Shown one piece after another: positions 20,165 to 30,272 of a stretch of 57,857 nt of DNA. Each line of letters starts with the position of its first letter. Positions within the stretch are counted from its first letter, which is position 1. The stretch comes from Lachnospiraceae bacterium (GTDB lineage: Bacteria > Bacillota > Clostridia > Lachnospirales > Lachnospiraceae), in contig JAFUZE010000298.1 of NCBI GenBank assembly GCA_017476765.1, positions 1 to 57,857 on the forward strand. The letters are read 5' to 3'. The notes under the pieces were generated by a model. That model ran no database searches. It was not told the origin of the DNA and worked only from the letters and a program-made list of their open reading frames with translations. The position numbers were made by a program, and so were the translations under genes.

Positions 20165-20587
20165 CTACGCTTCATTTTTGTATTTTTCTTTCAGCTTCCG
20201 GTTAATCTCATCCGCCTGCTTGACATCGATAATATAGTGGCTGCCCAGCACCAGCACATAGACGACCAATACCGAAACGACCATCATCATAATTCCTCCG
20301 AAGTCCAGATTCAGCCATCCGAACCAATGCCCGCAGACAATCATGATCACGCACATCGATGCGTAATGAAGCAGGTATCGGATGATCGCCTCCGCCTTAC
20401 CTGCACTTTCTTTTGAGGCGAACACGGTCGTCACCAACGCTGTAAGGAATCCGGAAAGCAGAATATGCCACAGTGTATTTTTGGGAAGTGCTTCCATGTC
20501 ATATAGCATAAAGACAACCGCACATACGATCAGAATACCTGTTGTAATATACAGAAACCATTTGATAAAATTTTTCAGTACATTCAT
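20165..20587 (-). CDS. DUF3021-type small membrane protein
   Basis: 140 aa, four predicted TM helices. It sits directly downstream of a LytTR protein, the usual DUF3021 context. Confidence 0.75.
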   Translation of the reverse strand: MNVLKNFIKWFLYITTGILIVCAVVFMLYDMEALPKNTLWHILLSGFLTALVTTVFASKESAGKAEAIIRYLLHYASMCVIMIVCGHWFGWLNLDFGGIMMMVVSVLVVYVLVLGSHYIIDVKQADEINRKLKEKYKNEA

Positions 20588-20597
20588 TTCAACCCTC

Positions 20598-21035
20598 CTA
20601 AATTCCCAGCTTCTTTTTCAGCTCTGCTACATACTGCCTTGATATGACGATTTTTTCATCGTTTTTGAGCATTGCCTCGAAGCGTCCGTTAAAGACCGGT
20701 CTGATGTATGCAATTTTTGCCACATTCACGATTGCCGATTTGGATATTCTGAGAAAGTCCATATGAGGATACTGCTGCTCGATCTCGTACAGCTTTTTTC
20801 GAACCTCGTAAACGCCTTTTCCCGTATAGGCGAACACCTTGTTATCCACCGATTCAAAATAATAAATTTCCTTCGGAACGAGCTTGACGATCCGGTCATC
20901 CATATAACCTGTCAGCTCGCTCTGCTCTGCTTTGAGCGCTGCGAGCAGGCCGAGCACCTTATCATCCAGAGTCCTGCAGCGGACGATAATCTCATCCTCC
21001 TGCCCGGACTTTGGCGTTTCTATTATGATTTTCAT
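20598..21035 (-). CDS. LytTR-family DNA-binding protein (no receiver domain)
   Basis: 145 aa; C-terminal LytTR pattern FLRISKSAIVNVAKIAYIRPVFNGRFEAMLKNDEKIVISRQY. Confidence 0.85.
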   Translation of the reverse strand: MKIIIETPKSGQEDEIIVRCRTLDDKVLGLLAALKAEQSELTGYMDDRIVKLVPKEIYYFESVDNKVFAYTGKGVYEVRKKLYEIEQQYPHMDFLRISKSAIVNVAKIAYIRPVFNGRFEAMLKNDEKIVISRQYVAELKKKLGI

Positions 21036-21062
21036 ACTCTTCTCCTAACTGCCATCTCTATG

Positions 21063-21974
21063 TCATCGATCGGTCTTTTTGCCGTACTTAAGGAGCAAAA
21101 CGCCGAGCACCATAAATACAGCGCCGAATGCGATCAGCACGGTCCACTGCATCCCTTCGCTCACCGCCTTGTCAAACAGCTCCAGGTCAATTCCCATCAT
21201 TTTGCGGTAGCTTTCCACCACATCATCCGGCACCCCGTCAAAGGTTTTCTCAAGGATATCCTTCGACATCACGCTCCGGAACATGGCAGTACCGTAAATG
21301 GCGGGCGTACATTTCGTAATGCGGGCAATCGTCTGGGAGAGCGTACCGAGCGGAATGTAGATGCCGCCCAGAAATCCGATCAGTGTGCCGACAATCGTGC
21401 CGAGACCGCTCCACGCCCCCTCTGTCTTGGCAAGCGCCGCCATCACATACATGATCGCCGCATAGACAAACGAATTGACCATGATCATGCCAAACAGCTT
21501 TAAGTGCACCGGAAGAGACAACGCATCCAGCCCTTTGGTGACACCGTACAGCTCGGTGATAAACAGGGTGAGCGTACACATGATCAGAGATGCGACCCAC
21601 GCCGCAGCCACATATCCTAATGTAATGACGGTGCGGCTGACAGGCGCTGTGTAAATCGAGCTCAGCTTTCCCTGCACCCTGTCCTTGATCATGACCGTGT
21701 ACACCGCAAGCGTCACGGTTGCCGCATTGATCGAAATAATGCCCGCACATGTCCAGGAGAGAATCAAAAGCTCCGCATTCTTTTTATCCATGTCAGGATC
21801 CCTGCCCTCAAATGCCCCAAGCAGCTGCGTGATGCTGTCCACATGTGCATCCGCAATAAAAAATACCATAAGTCCTATGATGATCAGCATGGATAAAAAG
21901 GAAAAGAACACCGCCCCCTTATCCCTGAAATATATTCTTAAGTTACGTCTTGTAAAAACGAGAAACTGTCTCAT
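21063..21974 (-). CDS. ABC-2 type transporter permease
   Basis: 303 aa, six TM helices. ATGA overlap with the upstream ATPase gene. Confidence 0.85.
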   Translation of the reverse strand: MRQFLVFTRRNLRIYFRDKGAVFFSFLSMLIIIGLMVFFIADAHVDSITQLLGAFEGRDPDMDKKNAELLILSWTCAGIISINAATVTLAVYTVMIKDRVQGKLSSIYTAPVSRTVITLGYVAAAWVASLIMCTLTLFITELYGVTKGLDALSLPVHLKLFGMIMVNSFVYAAIMYVMAALAKTEGAWSGLGTIVGTLIGFLGGIYIPLGTLSQTIARITKCTPAIYGTAMFRSVMSKDILEKTFDGVPDDVVESYRKMMGIDLELFDKAVSEGMQWTVLIAFGAVFMVLGVLLLKYGKKTDR

Positions 21975-22927
21975 GCGCTTTCTTCCGCCTCCTCCCTCAG
22001 CTCCCTGCCCACTGCATTCAGAAACACATCGTCCATGTTGCCGAGAATGACCTCAAAGCCGTCGATCCAGTCCTGCACTCTCTGAATGATCGGCAGCGCC
22101 TCCATCGTGGAGGGAATCGGCACCTCGAGCACCCTGCCCTCGATCCGGCGTATTTCCTTGTGTGGCTTTCCCTGACGGTAAAAAGAAGGAAGCTGCTCCA
22201 AAAGACTTCGCTCCTGTCCCTCTTTGACATACAGCCGCAGTTTATCGGAGGCGAATTTCTCCTTGAGCTCAAACGGCGTTCCGGAGGTAATCAGCCTGCC
22301 GTGATCCAAAATGATAATCTGCCCGGCACCTGCAGCCTCCTCCATATAATGCGTCGTGAGAAACACGGTCATCTTGTCGCTTTTTTGCAGGGCTTCGATC
22401 GTGTTCCACACATCCATGCGGGTAGCCGGATCAAGTCCGGTCGTCGGCTCATCGAGAAAGAGAACCTGCGGCGTGTGCACAAGTGCGGCGGCAATCTCGC
22501 ACCGTCTCTTCTGCCCGCCGGAAAGCGTCCGGTATTTCTTGTTCATCAGATCGCCCAGCTTTAAAATCCCGCTCAGTCTTTCGCACTGCCCGGCGGCTTC
22601 TTTTGACGAGGCTCCGTGAAGGATACCTCTGCAGAGAAGATTTTCCCGGACAGTCAGCAGATCGTCGAGACAATTCTGCTGATATACGATTCCGATTTTC
22701 CTTCGAATCCGTGCATTTCCTTTTCCGAGCGTTTCTCCGCAGATGACAGCGCTTCCGCCGTCCGGGGTCAGTAATGTTGCCAGCATGTTGATGACGGTCG
22801 TCTTGCCCGCTCCGTTCACACCGAGAAAGCCAAGCATCGTACCCTTCTCGACCTGAAAGGATACCTGATCAACCGCTGTGAAATCTCCGTATTTTTTTGT
22901 AAGATGATCGACATTTATAATACTCAC
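21971..22927 (-). CDS. ABC transporter ATP-binding protein
   Basis: Walker A GVNGAGKTT, signature LSGGQKRR, Walker B VLFLDEPTTGLD. Confidence 0.92.
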   Translation of the reverse strand: MSIINVDHLTKKYGDFTAVDQVSFQVEKGTMLGFLGVNGAGKTTVINMLATLLTPDGGSAVICGETLGKGNARIRRKIGIVYQQNCLDDLLTVRENLLCRGILHGASSKEAAGQCERLSGILKLGDLMNKKYRTLSGGQKRRCEIAAALVHTPQVLFLDEPTTGLDPATRMDVWNTIEALQKSDKMTVFLTTHYMEEAAGAGQIIILDHGRLITSGTPFELKEKFASDKLRLYVKEGQERSLLEQLPSFYRQGKPHKEIRRIEGRVLEVPIPSTMEALPIIQRVQDWIDGFEVILGNMDDVFLNAVGRELREEAEESA

Positions 22928-22969
22928 TGTCTGCCGTCCTTTCCACTCTTAATTATCTTTGCGTTTTCT

Positions 22970-22998
22970 ATCATAGCAACTTCCGAAATCCGCTTCAA
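22970..22998 (-). promoter_or_regulatory. Candidate promoter of the ABC-LytTR-DUF3021 operon
   Basis: Minus-strand TTGAAG-N17-TATGAT, 43 nt upstream of the start at 22927. Confidence 0.45.
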
Positions 22999-23200
22999 GG
23001 CACTTTTCGGTAAGTTACATTTCTGAAGCGGTAAGTGGCTGCCAATCTCGTGCAAACCATAATAGTAGTGCCCGGAGAGTTACTATTCACGGCTCATTGC
23101 GCATTTACTGCGCAGTGAAACCCGCTACCTTAAGAAAAGCGAAGAACCCGTGTTCTCCGCTTCCCCTATTGTCCCCGGGCAGATTCTTTACCCTGCCGAT

Positions 23201-25291
23201 TTAATTTTTGTTCGTAAACTCCTCGATCGTAGAGATGAGCTTATCGATGTCAAACGGCTTTGCAATATGAGAGTTCATTCCGCTCTCCATCGACATCCGT
23301 TTGTCCTCGTCCCTTGCATTGGCACTCAATGCGATGATCGGGAGCCTGTCCGTATCCTCTCTTCCGAGCGCCCGGATGACTCTCGTCGCCTCATAGCCGT
23401 TCATGACCGGCATCTGGATATCCATCAGCACCAGATCGTAATAGCCCTCCGGATTGTTCTCAACCGCTTCCACCGCATCGCATCCGTCCGGCACGGATTC
23501 TACGAGGAAACCGGCTTCCTCCAGAATCGTTTCCGCAAGCATGCGGTTGATCTCGATATCCTCCACCAGAAGAATGCGTTTCTCGGCTTTTTCTTTTGCC
23601 TTCGCATCGTCTGCAGCCCCATTTACTTCCTTTGCCTGATCTACGCTTTTATTCGCATGCTCCGCAAGCTTCAGCGGCAGGCTGACGGTAAAAGTCGAGC
23701 CCTCACCCTTTTTGCTCTCTACCGCAATAGAACCGCCCATAATATCCAGAAGCCTCTTGGTAATCGAAAGTCCGAGTCCCGTTCCGATATAGCCTGTTTT
23801 GGTCGACGTTTCCTCCCTCTCAAAAACTTCAAAGATGCGTGTCAGGAATTCCTCCGTCATTCCGATGCCGCTGTCGGATACAACGAACACATCTCGCGCA
23901 TAGCCAGACTTGGAAACCTCCTTCGGGAACGCCGAAACCTTGATCTGTCCCTCCTCCGGTGTAAATTTAATGGCATTGGACAGCAAATTCGCAAGAATTC
24001 TGCGAAACCGGAGCGGATCGACATAGACCTCTTCATCCGGCAGCTGAATATCCGTCTCCAGAGAGAGCTGTTTTTCGAATGCCTGTGGTCGCATCATATC
24101 GATGACGGTATGAAGCTGCTTATCAAGCCTGCAAATCTCTGTTTTGATCTGCGTCCTGCCGCTGTCGATCTGGCTCATCTCCAAAAGATCATCGATGAGG
24201 GCGAGCATATGCCGGTTAGACACATCCACCTTTTCCAGATAATCCTCGAGAAGCTCCGGCTCCCTGATGTGCTTTTGCGCCAACGCCGTAAAGCCCATGA
24301 TCGAATTCATCGGCGTGCGGATATCATGGGAGATGTTAAACAAAAAGGTATTCTTCGCCTCGTTGATCCTCTTTTCCCGCTCCAGCTCCTCCTCCATGCG
24401 AAGTCTGTCTGCGGTCTCCTTTTGAATGCGCAGCACGCCTTCGGTCACATCACGGTATCCCATCACAGCATGATGATAGAGATTCTCCCCGTTGATGCGC
24501 ACGATCGACATCTGCATATAACAGATACCGCCGTCCTTTCTCCTGCATCTGTAATCCACGGTGTAGGACATCTCCGCCTCAAGCCGCTCTCGTATCCGCC
24601 CTGCCGAGATTTCGCCCAGATACATCTCCCGGTCCTCCGGCAATACATACCTTTTGGCATACACCGGAAAAGCATCCTTCCAGTCGATGACCTGATTGCC
24701 ACCGGTATTCCTATCACCGATAATATCGCGTGAAAATTCACTCTGTAAGCGATACGGACGCATCCTGCCGCTGTCGATATCGATTAAAAAGATCGAAGCA
24801 AAATCAACACTCAGCCCTTCAATGACCTCCATCTCCCGCTTGCTCTCATCCTGTGTCAGATGCTTCTTGGTCGCGTCATTGATGAACACATAGTACAAAT
24901 CTCCGCAGTCATCGGTGTGCACGAAATGTCCGTAATCATCGACCCACCTTATGCTGCCGTCCTTTCGGATAATCCGGTGCTCCACATAGTCCAGATTGTC
25001 TTCATTGTTGGCGATCTGCTGTGCGATAGAGCTTTCCACGGCATCGAGGTCGTCAGGATGAACCAGCCCTTTGAAGGAATTTCCTGTCAAGGCTTTGAAT
25101 TCCTCCTGTGTGCTGCAGCCGAAAATATCCAGCGTCACGTCGTTCACATATACAAATTCTTCCTTCTCATCCGCCTGATAGATAAAAAAACCTCCGGGCA
25201 TCTGTTCTGCGATCTGCTCTATGACCGGCATCTTATTTTCCGTTACCTGCATTTCCTGCCCGTTCGTATTTCCCGCCTTGTTTGTACTCAT
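23201..25291 (-). CDS. Hybrid sensor histidine kinase/response regulator with PAS domains
   Basis: Two PAS-like regions. H-box FLFNISHDIRTPMNSIMG. HATPase (GTGLGLSITKRL). C-terminal receiver (ILLVEDIEINRML...DLVLMDIQMPVMNG). Confidence 0.9.
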   Translation of the reverse strand: MSTNKAGNTNGQEMQVTENKMPVIEQIAEQMPGGFFIYQADEKEEFVYVNDVTLDIFGCSTQEEFKALTGNSFKGLVHPDDLDAVESSIAQQIANNEDNLDYVEHRIIRKDGSIRWVDDYGHFVHTDDCGDLYYVFINDATKKHLTQDESKREMEVIEGLSVDFASIFLIDIDSGRMRPYRLQSEFSRDIIGDRNTGGNQVIDWKDAFPVYAKRYVLPEDREMYLGEISAGRIRERLEAEMSYTVDYRCRRKDGGICYMQMSIVRINGENLYHHAVMGYRDVTEGVLRIQKETADRLRMEEELEREKRINEAKNTFLFNISHDIRTPMNSIMGFTALAQKHIREPELLEDYLEKVDVSNRHMLALIDDLLEMSQIDSGRTQIKTEICRLDKQLHTVIDMMRPQAFEKQLSLETDIQLPDEEVYVDPLRFRRILANLLSNAIKFTPEEGQIKVSAFPKEVSKSGYARDVFVVSDSGIGMTEEFLTRIFEVFEREETSTKTGYIGTGLGLSITKRLLDIMGGSIAVESKKGEGSTFTVSLPLKLAEHANKSVDQAKEVNGAADDAKAKEKAEKRILLVEDIEINRMLAETILEEAGFLVESVPDGCDAVEAVENNPEGYYDLVLMDIQMPVMNGYEATRVIRALGREDTDRLPIIALSANARDEDKRMSMESGMNSHIAKPFDIDKLISTIEEFTNKN

Positions 25292-25374
25292 CCGCCTAAA
25301 CCTCCTGCCAACAGGATTTCTGATCCTGTCGTATTGCTCTGTGCACTGTTTCTTCAGCCGTGTAACCCGGATGG

Positions 25375-26523
25375 TTAAAAGCTATGCTCGATCAACCACT
25401 TCTCCGCCCTGCTCACTTCCTCTGTGACATCTGTCCCGTCTGCCAAAAGTACCTTTTCGTCCGGCAGCTCTCCGAAGAAATCCAGATGTGCTTCCTCTGC
25501 CACCGTATTCTTCAGATAATTATTATCATCCGCAAATCCGGGATCAGGCTGCAGCTGGCACATATTATATGCTTCCAGAATACCCGTGACAGGAGCGCCG
25601 TGATAGGTCAGCCCTCTGTATTTCTCCAAATCTGCCCCTATCGGTCCCGCATCCTTATAGACCTTCACAACCTCATGCAGCTTTTCCTTTTCTTCTTCCG
25701 TCAGCGGTTCCAGATTTTTCACCGTGTTGATATTGTCCCTGACCTGCTCCGGTGTGGACATGCCGGACAGGTTACAGATCACGCCGTCAAAGCTGCCGGT
25801 AAACCGCATTGCCCACGATGCGACGGATGCCGCCGGATTCATTTTCTTGAGCATTGTTTCCACTGACGCAGGAACCATCGAAAGACCGCCGCCCTTAACA
25901 GGCTCCATGATGACAACACGTTTTCCGTGCTTTCGGATGACCTCATATGCCTTTCCTGCCTGTACAAGCTCACTCTCATAGTCAATGTAATTAAGCGGAA
26001 TCTGGACAAATTCCACTTCCGGATGTTCCGATAAGATTCGATCCAACAGCTTTGCGGAAGAGTGGAAGGAAAATCCCAGATGCTTCACTTTACCATCCCT
26101 GACCCACTGCTTCGCATGGTCGAACAGATGGCAGGTCTTGACCACACCACCGTTTCCGTCAATGCCATCATAATAAACGGTCTGTAAATTATGCAAAAGA
26201 TAATAGTCGATATAATCGACACCCAGATTTTTCAGCTGACTCTCAAAAATCGGTTCGATTTCCTCTTCCCTCTGCAAACTGAAGGTCGGGAACTTCGTCG
26301 CAACGGTAAAAGCATCTCTCGGATACCGTTCTACGACCGCTTTTCTTGTCGCCTCCTCGCTTTTGCCATTATGGTACACATAGCTCGTATCAAAATAGGT
26401 GTATCCGGCATCCATAAAAAGATCGACCATCTGAAACAACTGCTCATAATCAAAGTTGGTAGGATCATCGCCTATAACCGGCAGACGCATCATACCAAAA
26501 CCAAGCGGACTCTTTAACGCCAT
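25375..26523 (-). CDS. Aldo/keto reductase family oxidoreductase with C-terminal extension
   Basis: FGMMRLP...GYTYFDTSYVYHNGKSEE, IDYYLLHN and related AKR motifs; 382 aa. Confidence 0.85.
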   Translation of the reverse strand: MALKSPLGFGMMRLPVIGDDPTNFDYEQLFQMVDLFMDAGYTYFDTSYVYHNGKSEEATRKAVVERYPRDAFTVATKFPTFSLQREEEIEPIFESQLKNLGVDYIDYYLLHNLQTVYYDGIDGNGGVVKTCHLFDHAKQWVRDGKVKHLGFSFHSSAKLLDRILSEHPEVEFVQIPLNYIDYESELVQAGKAYEVIRKHGKRVVIMEPVKGGGLSMVPASVETMLKKMNPAASVASWAMRFTGSFDGVICNLSGMSTPEQVRDNINTVKNLEPLTEEEKEKLHEVVKVYKDAGPIGADLEKYRGLTYHGAPVTGILEAYNMCQLQPDPGFADDNNYLKNTVAEEAHLDFFGELPDEKVLLADGTDVTEEVSRAEKWLIEHSF

Positions 26524-26874
26524 AATTGTTTTCTCCTTTCACAAAAATGTCCTGTGATTTATTTTAACACAAATACCATAAAATGTCTCCGGAAATTCTG
26601 TTTTGTAATTATGCTTTGCGCAGTTATAACTCGGTATAACTCGGAGGGATGTACTCCGCAATACTTATCTCTTGACTATCCGCCATCAGAATTTCAAATA
26701 CTGCGCCGGTTGCCGCTACACCATTGTTAAACTTTAGCGATAACATCATGGTAAATATTCCTTTCAGTTAAAATATTTTCTTGTCATTTAACCGACATTC
26801 AATAGACTTTATATCCATCATCGGTTATTATATCCATAGAACCGGTTCAAATTATAAACTGGAGGATCATAAAC

Positions 26875-27909
26875 ATGACAATAGGAGAAGTAATCAGAAA
26901 ATACAGACATGAGCTGGGCTTTACACAGGAGGAAATGGCAGCCCGTCTTGGCGTGTCCACTCCCGCCGTCAACAAATGGGAAAACAACAATACTCAACCG
27001 GATATCGGATTGCTCGCACCGATAGCAAGGCTGCTTGGTATTTCAACAGACACCCTGCTTTCTTTTAAGGATGACCTTACTGATGAAGAAATAAACCTCT
27101 TCATCAAGCTATTGGACAAAAAATTAGAGATGGCTGCATATACGGATGTCTTCAAGGAAGCTTCAGATAAGATTCGGGAATACCCGAATTGCAAGAAGCT
27201 CATATGGAATGCTGCCACTCTGCTTGATGCTGCAAGACTTGCCCGAAATGTACCGGACAGCGATATATATGATGAACAGATATGTGAATGGTACAGCGAC
27301 GTCTTGGACTCTGACGATCAGATGATCCGAAAAAGCGCTGCATCATCTCTCTTTCATTATTACCTCAGGAAAGAAAACTATAGTAAAGCAGAAACATATC
27401 TGTGTTATTTCACGCCTGATGATCCGGATCGGCGGAGTCGCCAGGCTGAATTATTCAGCAAAACCGGTAGAAAAGCGGATGCCTATCAAGAATATGAAGA
27501 GCTGATGCTCGAACATGTAAACCGGCTCCGTGTCGTTCTTAATGCTCTTCAAATGCTCTATACGGAAGATGAAAATCTTAAAATGTCACATAAAATCGTG
27601 GATTTACAAGGGAAGCTGGCAAATGCATTTGATATGGGCGTTTATCAGGAGGTTTCCGCAGGACTTGATCTTGCCGCCTATGAAAAAGATGTCGCTGCTA
27701 CCGCGCACATCATGGAGATCTTAGTGAACAGCTGCGATACAATAACAGATTTCACAAAATCCGATCTGTTCTCTCATCTTAAGAAACGCTCTGTAAACAG
27801 CGACTTTTTTGAGAAATTAAAGGCAGACCTTATCAGCGGATTCTGTGATGATGAGACCTTTGGCTATCTACAAGGCAATGAATACTGGGAAAGCCTTAAA
27901 ACACTATAA
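26875..27909 (+). CDS. XRE-family HTH regulator with TPR-like C-terminal domain (RNPP/Rgg-like architecture)
   Basis: N-terminus MTIGEVIRKYRHELGFTQEEMAARLGVSTPAVNKWENNNTQP. About 270 aa of helical repeat follow. GGAGG RBS. Confidence 0.8.
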   Translation: MTIGEVIRKYRHELGFTQEEMAARLGVSTPAVNKWENNNTQPDIGLLAPIARLLGISTDTLLSFKDDLTDEEINLFIKLLDKKLEMAAYTDVFKEASDKIREYPNCKKLIWNAATLLDAARLARNVPDSDIYDEQICEWYSDVLDSDDQMIRKSAASSLFHYYLRKENYSKAETYLCYFTPDDPDRRSRQAELFSKTGRKADAYQEYEELMLEHVNRLRVVLNALQMLYTEDENLKMSHKIVDLQGKLANAFDMGVYQEVSAGLDLAAYEKDVAATAHIMEILVNSCDTITDFTKSDLFSHLKKRSVNSDFFEKLKADLISGFCDDETFGYLQGNEYWESLKTL

Positions 27910-27964
27910 AGACCAACTGTAGCTATCCATGCGTACCTGAATCAATAGAAACATGGAGAATTGA

Positions 27965-28762
27965 CTATTCGTACCATTCCGATCTCCGAAGGTCTGTGTA
28001 AGGCTTTTTCGCTCTCGCAGCGGATGCACCGGACATATCTACCTCCGCAAGCAGCAGCTCCTCTCCGCTTCCTGCAAGCGCAACGGTTGCTCCGCTGTAA
28101 TCAGCAACGATGGATTCTCCCGAGAAAACCATCTCATCCTCTGTTCCGATGCGGTTGCACATCGCAATGTTGACACTGCTTTGGAACGCCTGAACCTTCA
28201 CCTCCCACTGAAACAGCTCCGACGGCTCAGCGGTCGTGTTGGCTGTCGGTATGAGAATCAGCTCCGCCCCGCGAAGCGCCTCTGTCCGGATGCTCTCCGG
28301 GTAGTGCCGGTCAAAGCAGACGACGATCCCGATCTTGCCGAATCTCGTGTCAAAAACCCGAAAACCTTCCTCGGACGGCTTGTAGTAGCTCTGCTCGTAA
28401 AACCGTTCGCACTGTGCCACATGAACCATCTTCTGCGAGCCGATGATGCTTCCGGTATCGTCAATGAGAAGGCTCATATCATAGGTGCCGCCGTTTTCTT
28501 CCATATAAAAATTCGGCGAGGCGTAAATCCGCAATTCCCTGCAGACCTCACACATACCACGGACATACAGACTGTCCGTTTTCATCAGATACTGCGTCAC
28601 ATCCTTCTGCTCATACTGCGGAAAAAACGGGGTCAGCTGAATTTCCGGAAAACAGATCAGCTCTGCTCCCTGCTTTGCCGCATCGCGCATAAGCCGAATC
28701 GACTTTTTAAAATTGGATTCCATATCCGAACCCATCTCCATCTGTGCCAGTGCAAGCTTCAT
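27965..28762 (-). CDS. Carbon-nitrogen hydrolase (nitrilase superfamily)
   Basis: ATG 28762 with AAGGAG RBS. MKLALAQMEM..., ELICFPE (Glu), KMVHV (Lys), GIVVCFD (Cys) catalytic pattern. Confidence 0.85.
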   Translation of the reverse strand: MKLALAQMEMGSDMESNFKKSIRLMRDAAKQGAELICFPEIQLTPFFPQYEQKDVTQYLMKTDSLYVRGMCEVCRELRIYASPNFYMEENGGTYDMSLLIDDTGSIIGSQKMVHVAQCERFYEQSYYKPSEEGFRVFDTRFGKIGIVVCFDRHYPESIRTEALRGAELILIPTANTTAEPSELFQWEVKVQAFQSSVNIAMCNRIGTEDEMVFSGESIVADYSGATVALAGSGEELLLAEVDMSGASAARAKKPYTDLRRSEWYE

Positions 28763-28812
28763 TTTCGTACTCCTTTTGCCATGACTCTCCGCAGCACTCC
28801 CTTTAAGCAGCT

Positions 28813-28992
28813 TCATCCGTGGAAAAGCCCACTGAACATCCCTTTAGTGCTTATACTATCCGAAATGATCTGCCATGTCAACAATTCGACTACCGCCCCC
28901 ATAATTGCGGCATCAAGTACTGTGATTCCGAGAATCCCCGGTGCAAGCAATACCATTCCGATCATCTCAAAGTAGGCAGGCACAAAGCACAT
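28813..28992 (-). CDS. Possible small two-TM membrane protein
   Basis: 59 aa from ATG 28992 (61 aa from the track GTG at 28998), hydrophobic (FEMIGMVLLAPGILGITVLDAAIMGAVV). No convincing RBS; wedged between two genes on the same strand. Confidence 0.3.
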   Translation of the reverse strand: MCFVPAYFEMIGMVLLAPGILGITVLDAAIMGAVVELLTWQIISDSISTKGMFSGLFHG

Positions 28993-29039
28993 AAGCACAA
29001 AAATCTTGAAATTGTATGTACGGCGTCGTTTGTAAGTGC

Positions 29040-30185
29040 TTAATCGGCAGCATGAGCAAAATAGTTGTCAACTCTTGTCTTCACATTCTCCTGAAGGTTG
29101 TAATAATATAAATCATAATCGACCTGATGAAGGCTCGCCGGTCCGAACACCGTCACAAATTCTTCTCCCAGATCGATATACGGCACCTCTTTTGTCGTGC
29201 AGACCACAACTCCCCGCTCTGTATCCACCCGGGCATCCGCCACACCCGGTCTGTGAACGGCAATCTCGCCGGTCTGCCTGTCCATAATACGGCTTCCGAG
29301 GTTGTCCTCTGCCGATGCATAGGTATCATCCCTCTTCCAGTTGATCGGGTTAATGCTGATCGCTCCGTCCACGACGACAATGTTGTGCGCATTGTGATTA
29401 TCGGGACCCTCCGTATTCCAGGAAACAATGACTCCGGTATCGCCTTCGCCCTCCGCAAACTTGAGGTAAGGGTGCTCTCTCAGATCCTGCTCTGTAACGG
29501 AAAAGCCGATCACATAGGCAGCGATCATCCGCTCATAATATTCCGGATGTGCCCTCATATACTCCTTCAGGACAATTCGAACCATCGCCGAGCCCTGGGA
29601 ATGTCCCGCCAGAATAAAAGGTCTTCCCTCGTTGTAGTTCTCAAAATAGTAATCCAGTGCGGCATATACATCGGTCCGCTGCTCCTGCATCTGAAACTCC
29701 TCATATTCATTTCCGTCCATATCGACAGCCGCCGTCAGATTCGTTTGACGGTAGTACGGAGCAAATACATTTGTGGATTCCTCATAAGCCGTTGCCTGGC
29801 TTTGGAAGATACCCTTTGCCCCCTCCCGCATAATCTCATTGTCGATCGAACCGATGAGGGGTGCATCACTTGACAGATCGATATAGGTCGTCGGATAAAG
29901 ATAGAAGGTATCTGCCTCCTTTGTGATTTCCGGTAGATTCAGCCAATGATCCTTGTCCGAGTAATCCGACGCAGTTCCGACTAAATCTGTAATTTCATAG
30001 GTTTCCTCTTCCGCCGCCCCTGTATCATTTATGCCGGCAGTATCGCTGCTCTCTTCGATGACATTTTCTTCTTCCGTAAGAATCTCCGAGGCTTGTGCAC
30101 CGCCTCTCTGTCTGCCGCATCCGGTCAGCCCCACGGACACTGCCGCAATCAGTGCAAAAACCATCACCAGTTTTTTTTGTTTCAT
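29040..30185 (-). CDS. DUF3089-like alpha/beta hydrolase lipoprotein
   Basis: Lipobox LTGC after MKQKKLVMVFALIAAVSVG. Nucleophile elbow GHSQGS. Overall resemblance to DUF3089 proteins. Confidence 0.8.
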   Translation of the reverse strand: MKQKKLVMVFALIAAVSVGLTGCGRQRGGAQASEILTEEENVIEESSDTAGINDTGAAEEETYEITDLVGTASDYSDKDHWLNLPEITKEADTFYLYPTTYIDLSSDAPLIGSIDNEIMREGAKGIFQSQATAYEESTNVFAPYYRQTNLTAAVDMDGNEYEEFQMQEQRTDVYAALDYYFENYNEGRPFILAGHSQGSAMVRIVLKEYMRAHPEYYERMIAAYVIGFSVTEQDLREHPYLKFAEGEGDTGVIVSWNTEGPDNHNAHNIVVVDGAISINPINWKRDDTYASAEDNLGSRIMDRQTGEIAVHRPGVADARVDTERGVVVCTTKEVPYIDLGEEFVTVFGPASLHQVDYDLYYYNLQENVKTRVDNYFAHAAD

Positions 30186-30272
30186 CCCTTTCTCCTCCTT
30201 TTGAAAAAACGCTTTTATAATTAAATACTATCACATCTATTCTAAAAAGAGTCAAGAGAAATATGCTTTTTT

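Noticed and set aside
23150-24733. 527-aa plus-strand ORF, and similar long ORFs (269..1030, 1823..2536, 20763..21503, 28181..28975, 29127..29873, 35534..36481, 41277..41927, 43854..44555, 50557..51180, 53766..54365)
   Set aside because: All lie antisense to genes with clear family motifs. They have R/L/H/C-rich compositions, lack RBSs and have no recognisable domains. They are shadow ORFs.
26583-26639. 18-codon plus-strand ORF MSPEILFCNYALRSYNSV in the AKR/XRE-TPR intergenic region
   Set aside because: It has no RBS and overlaps the tandem 10-bp repeat. It is less plausible than the minus-strand 41-codon ORF.
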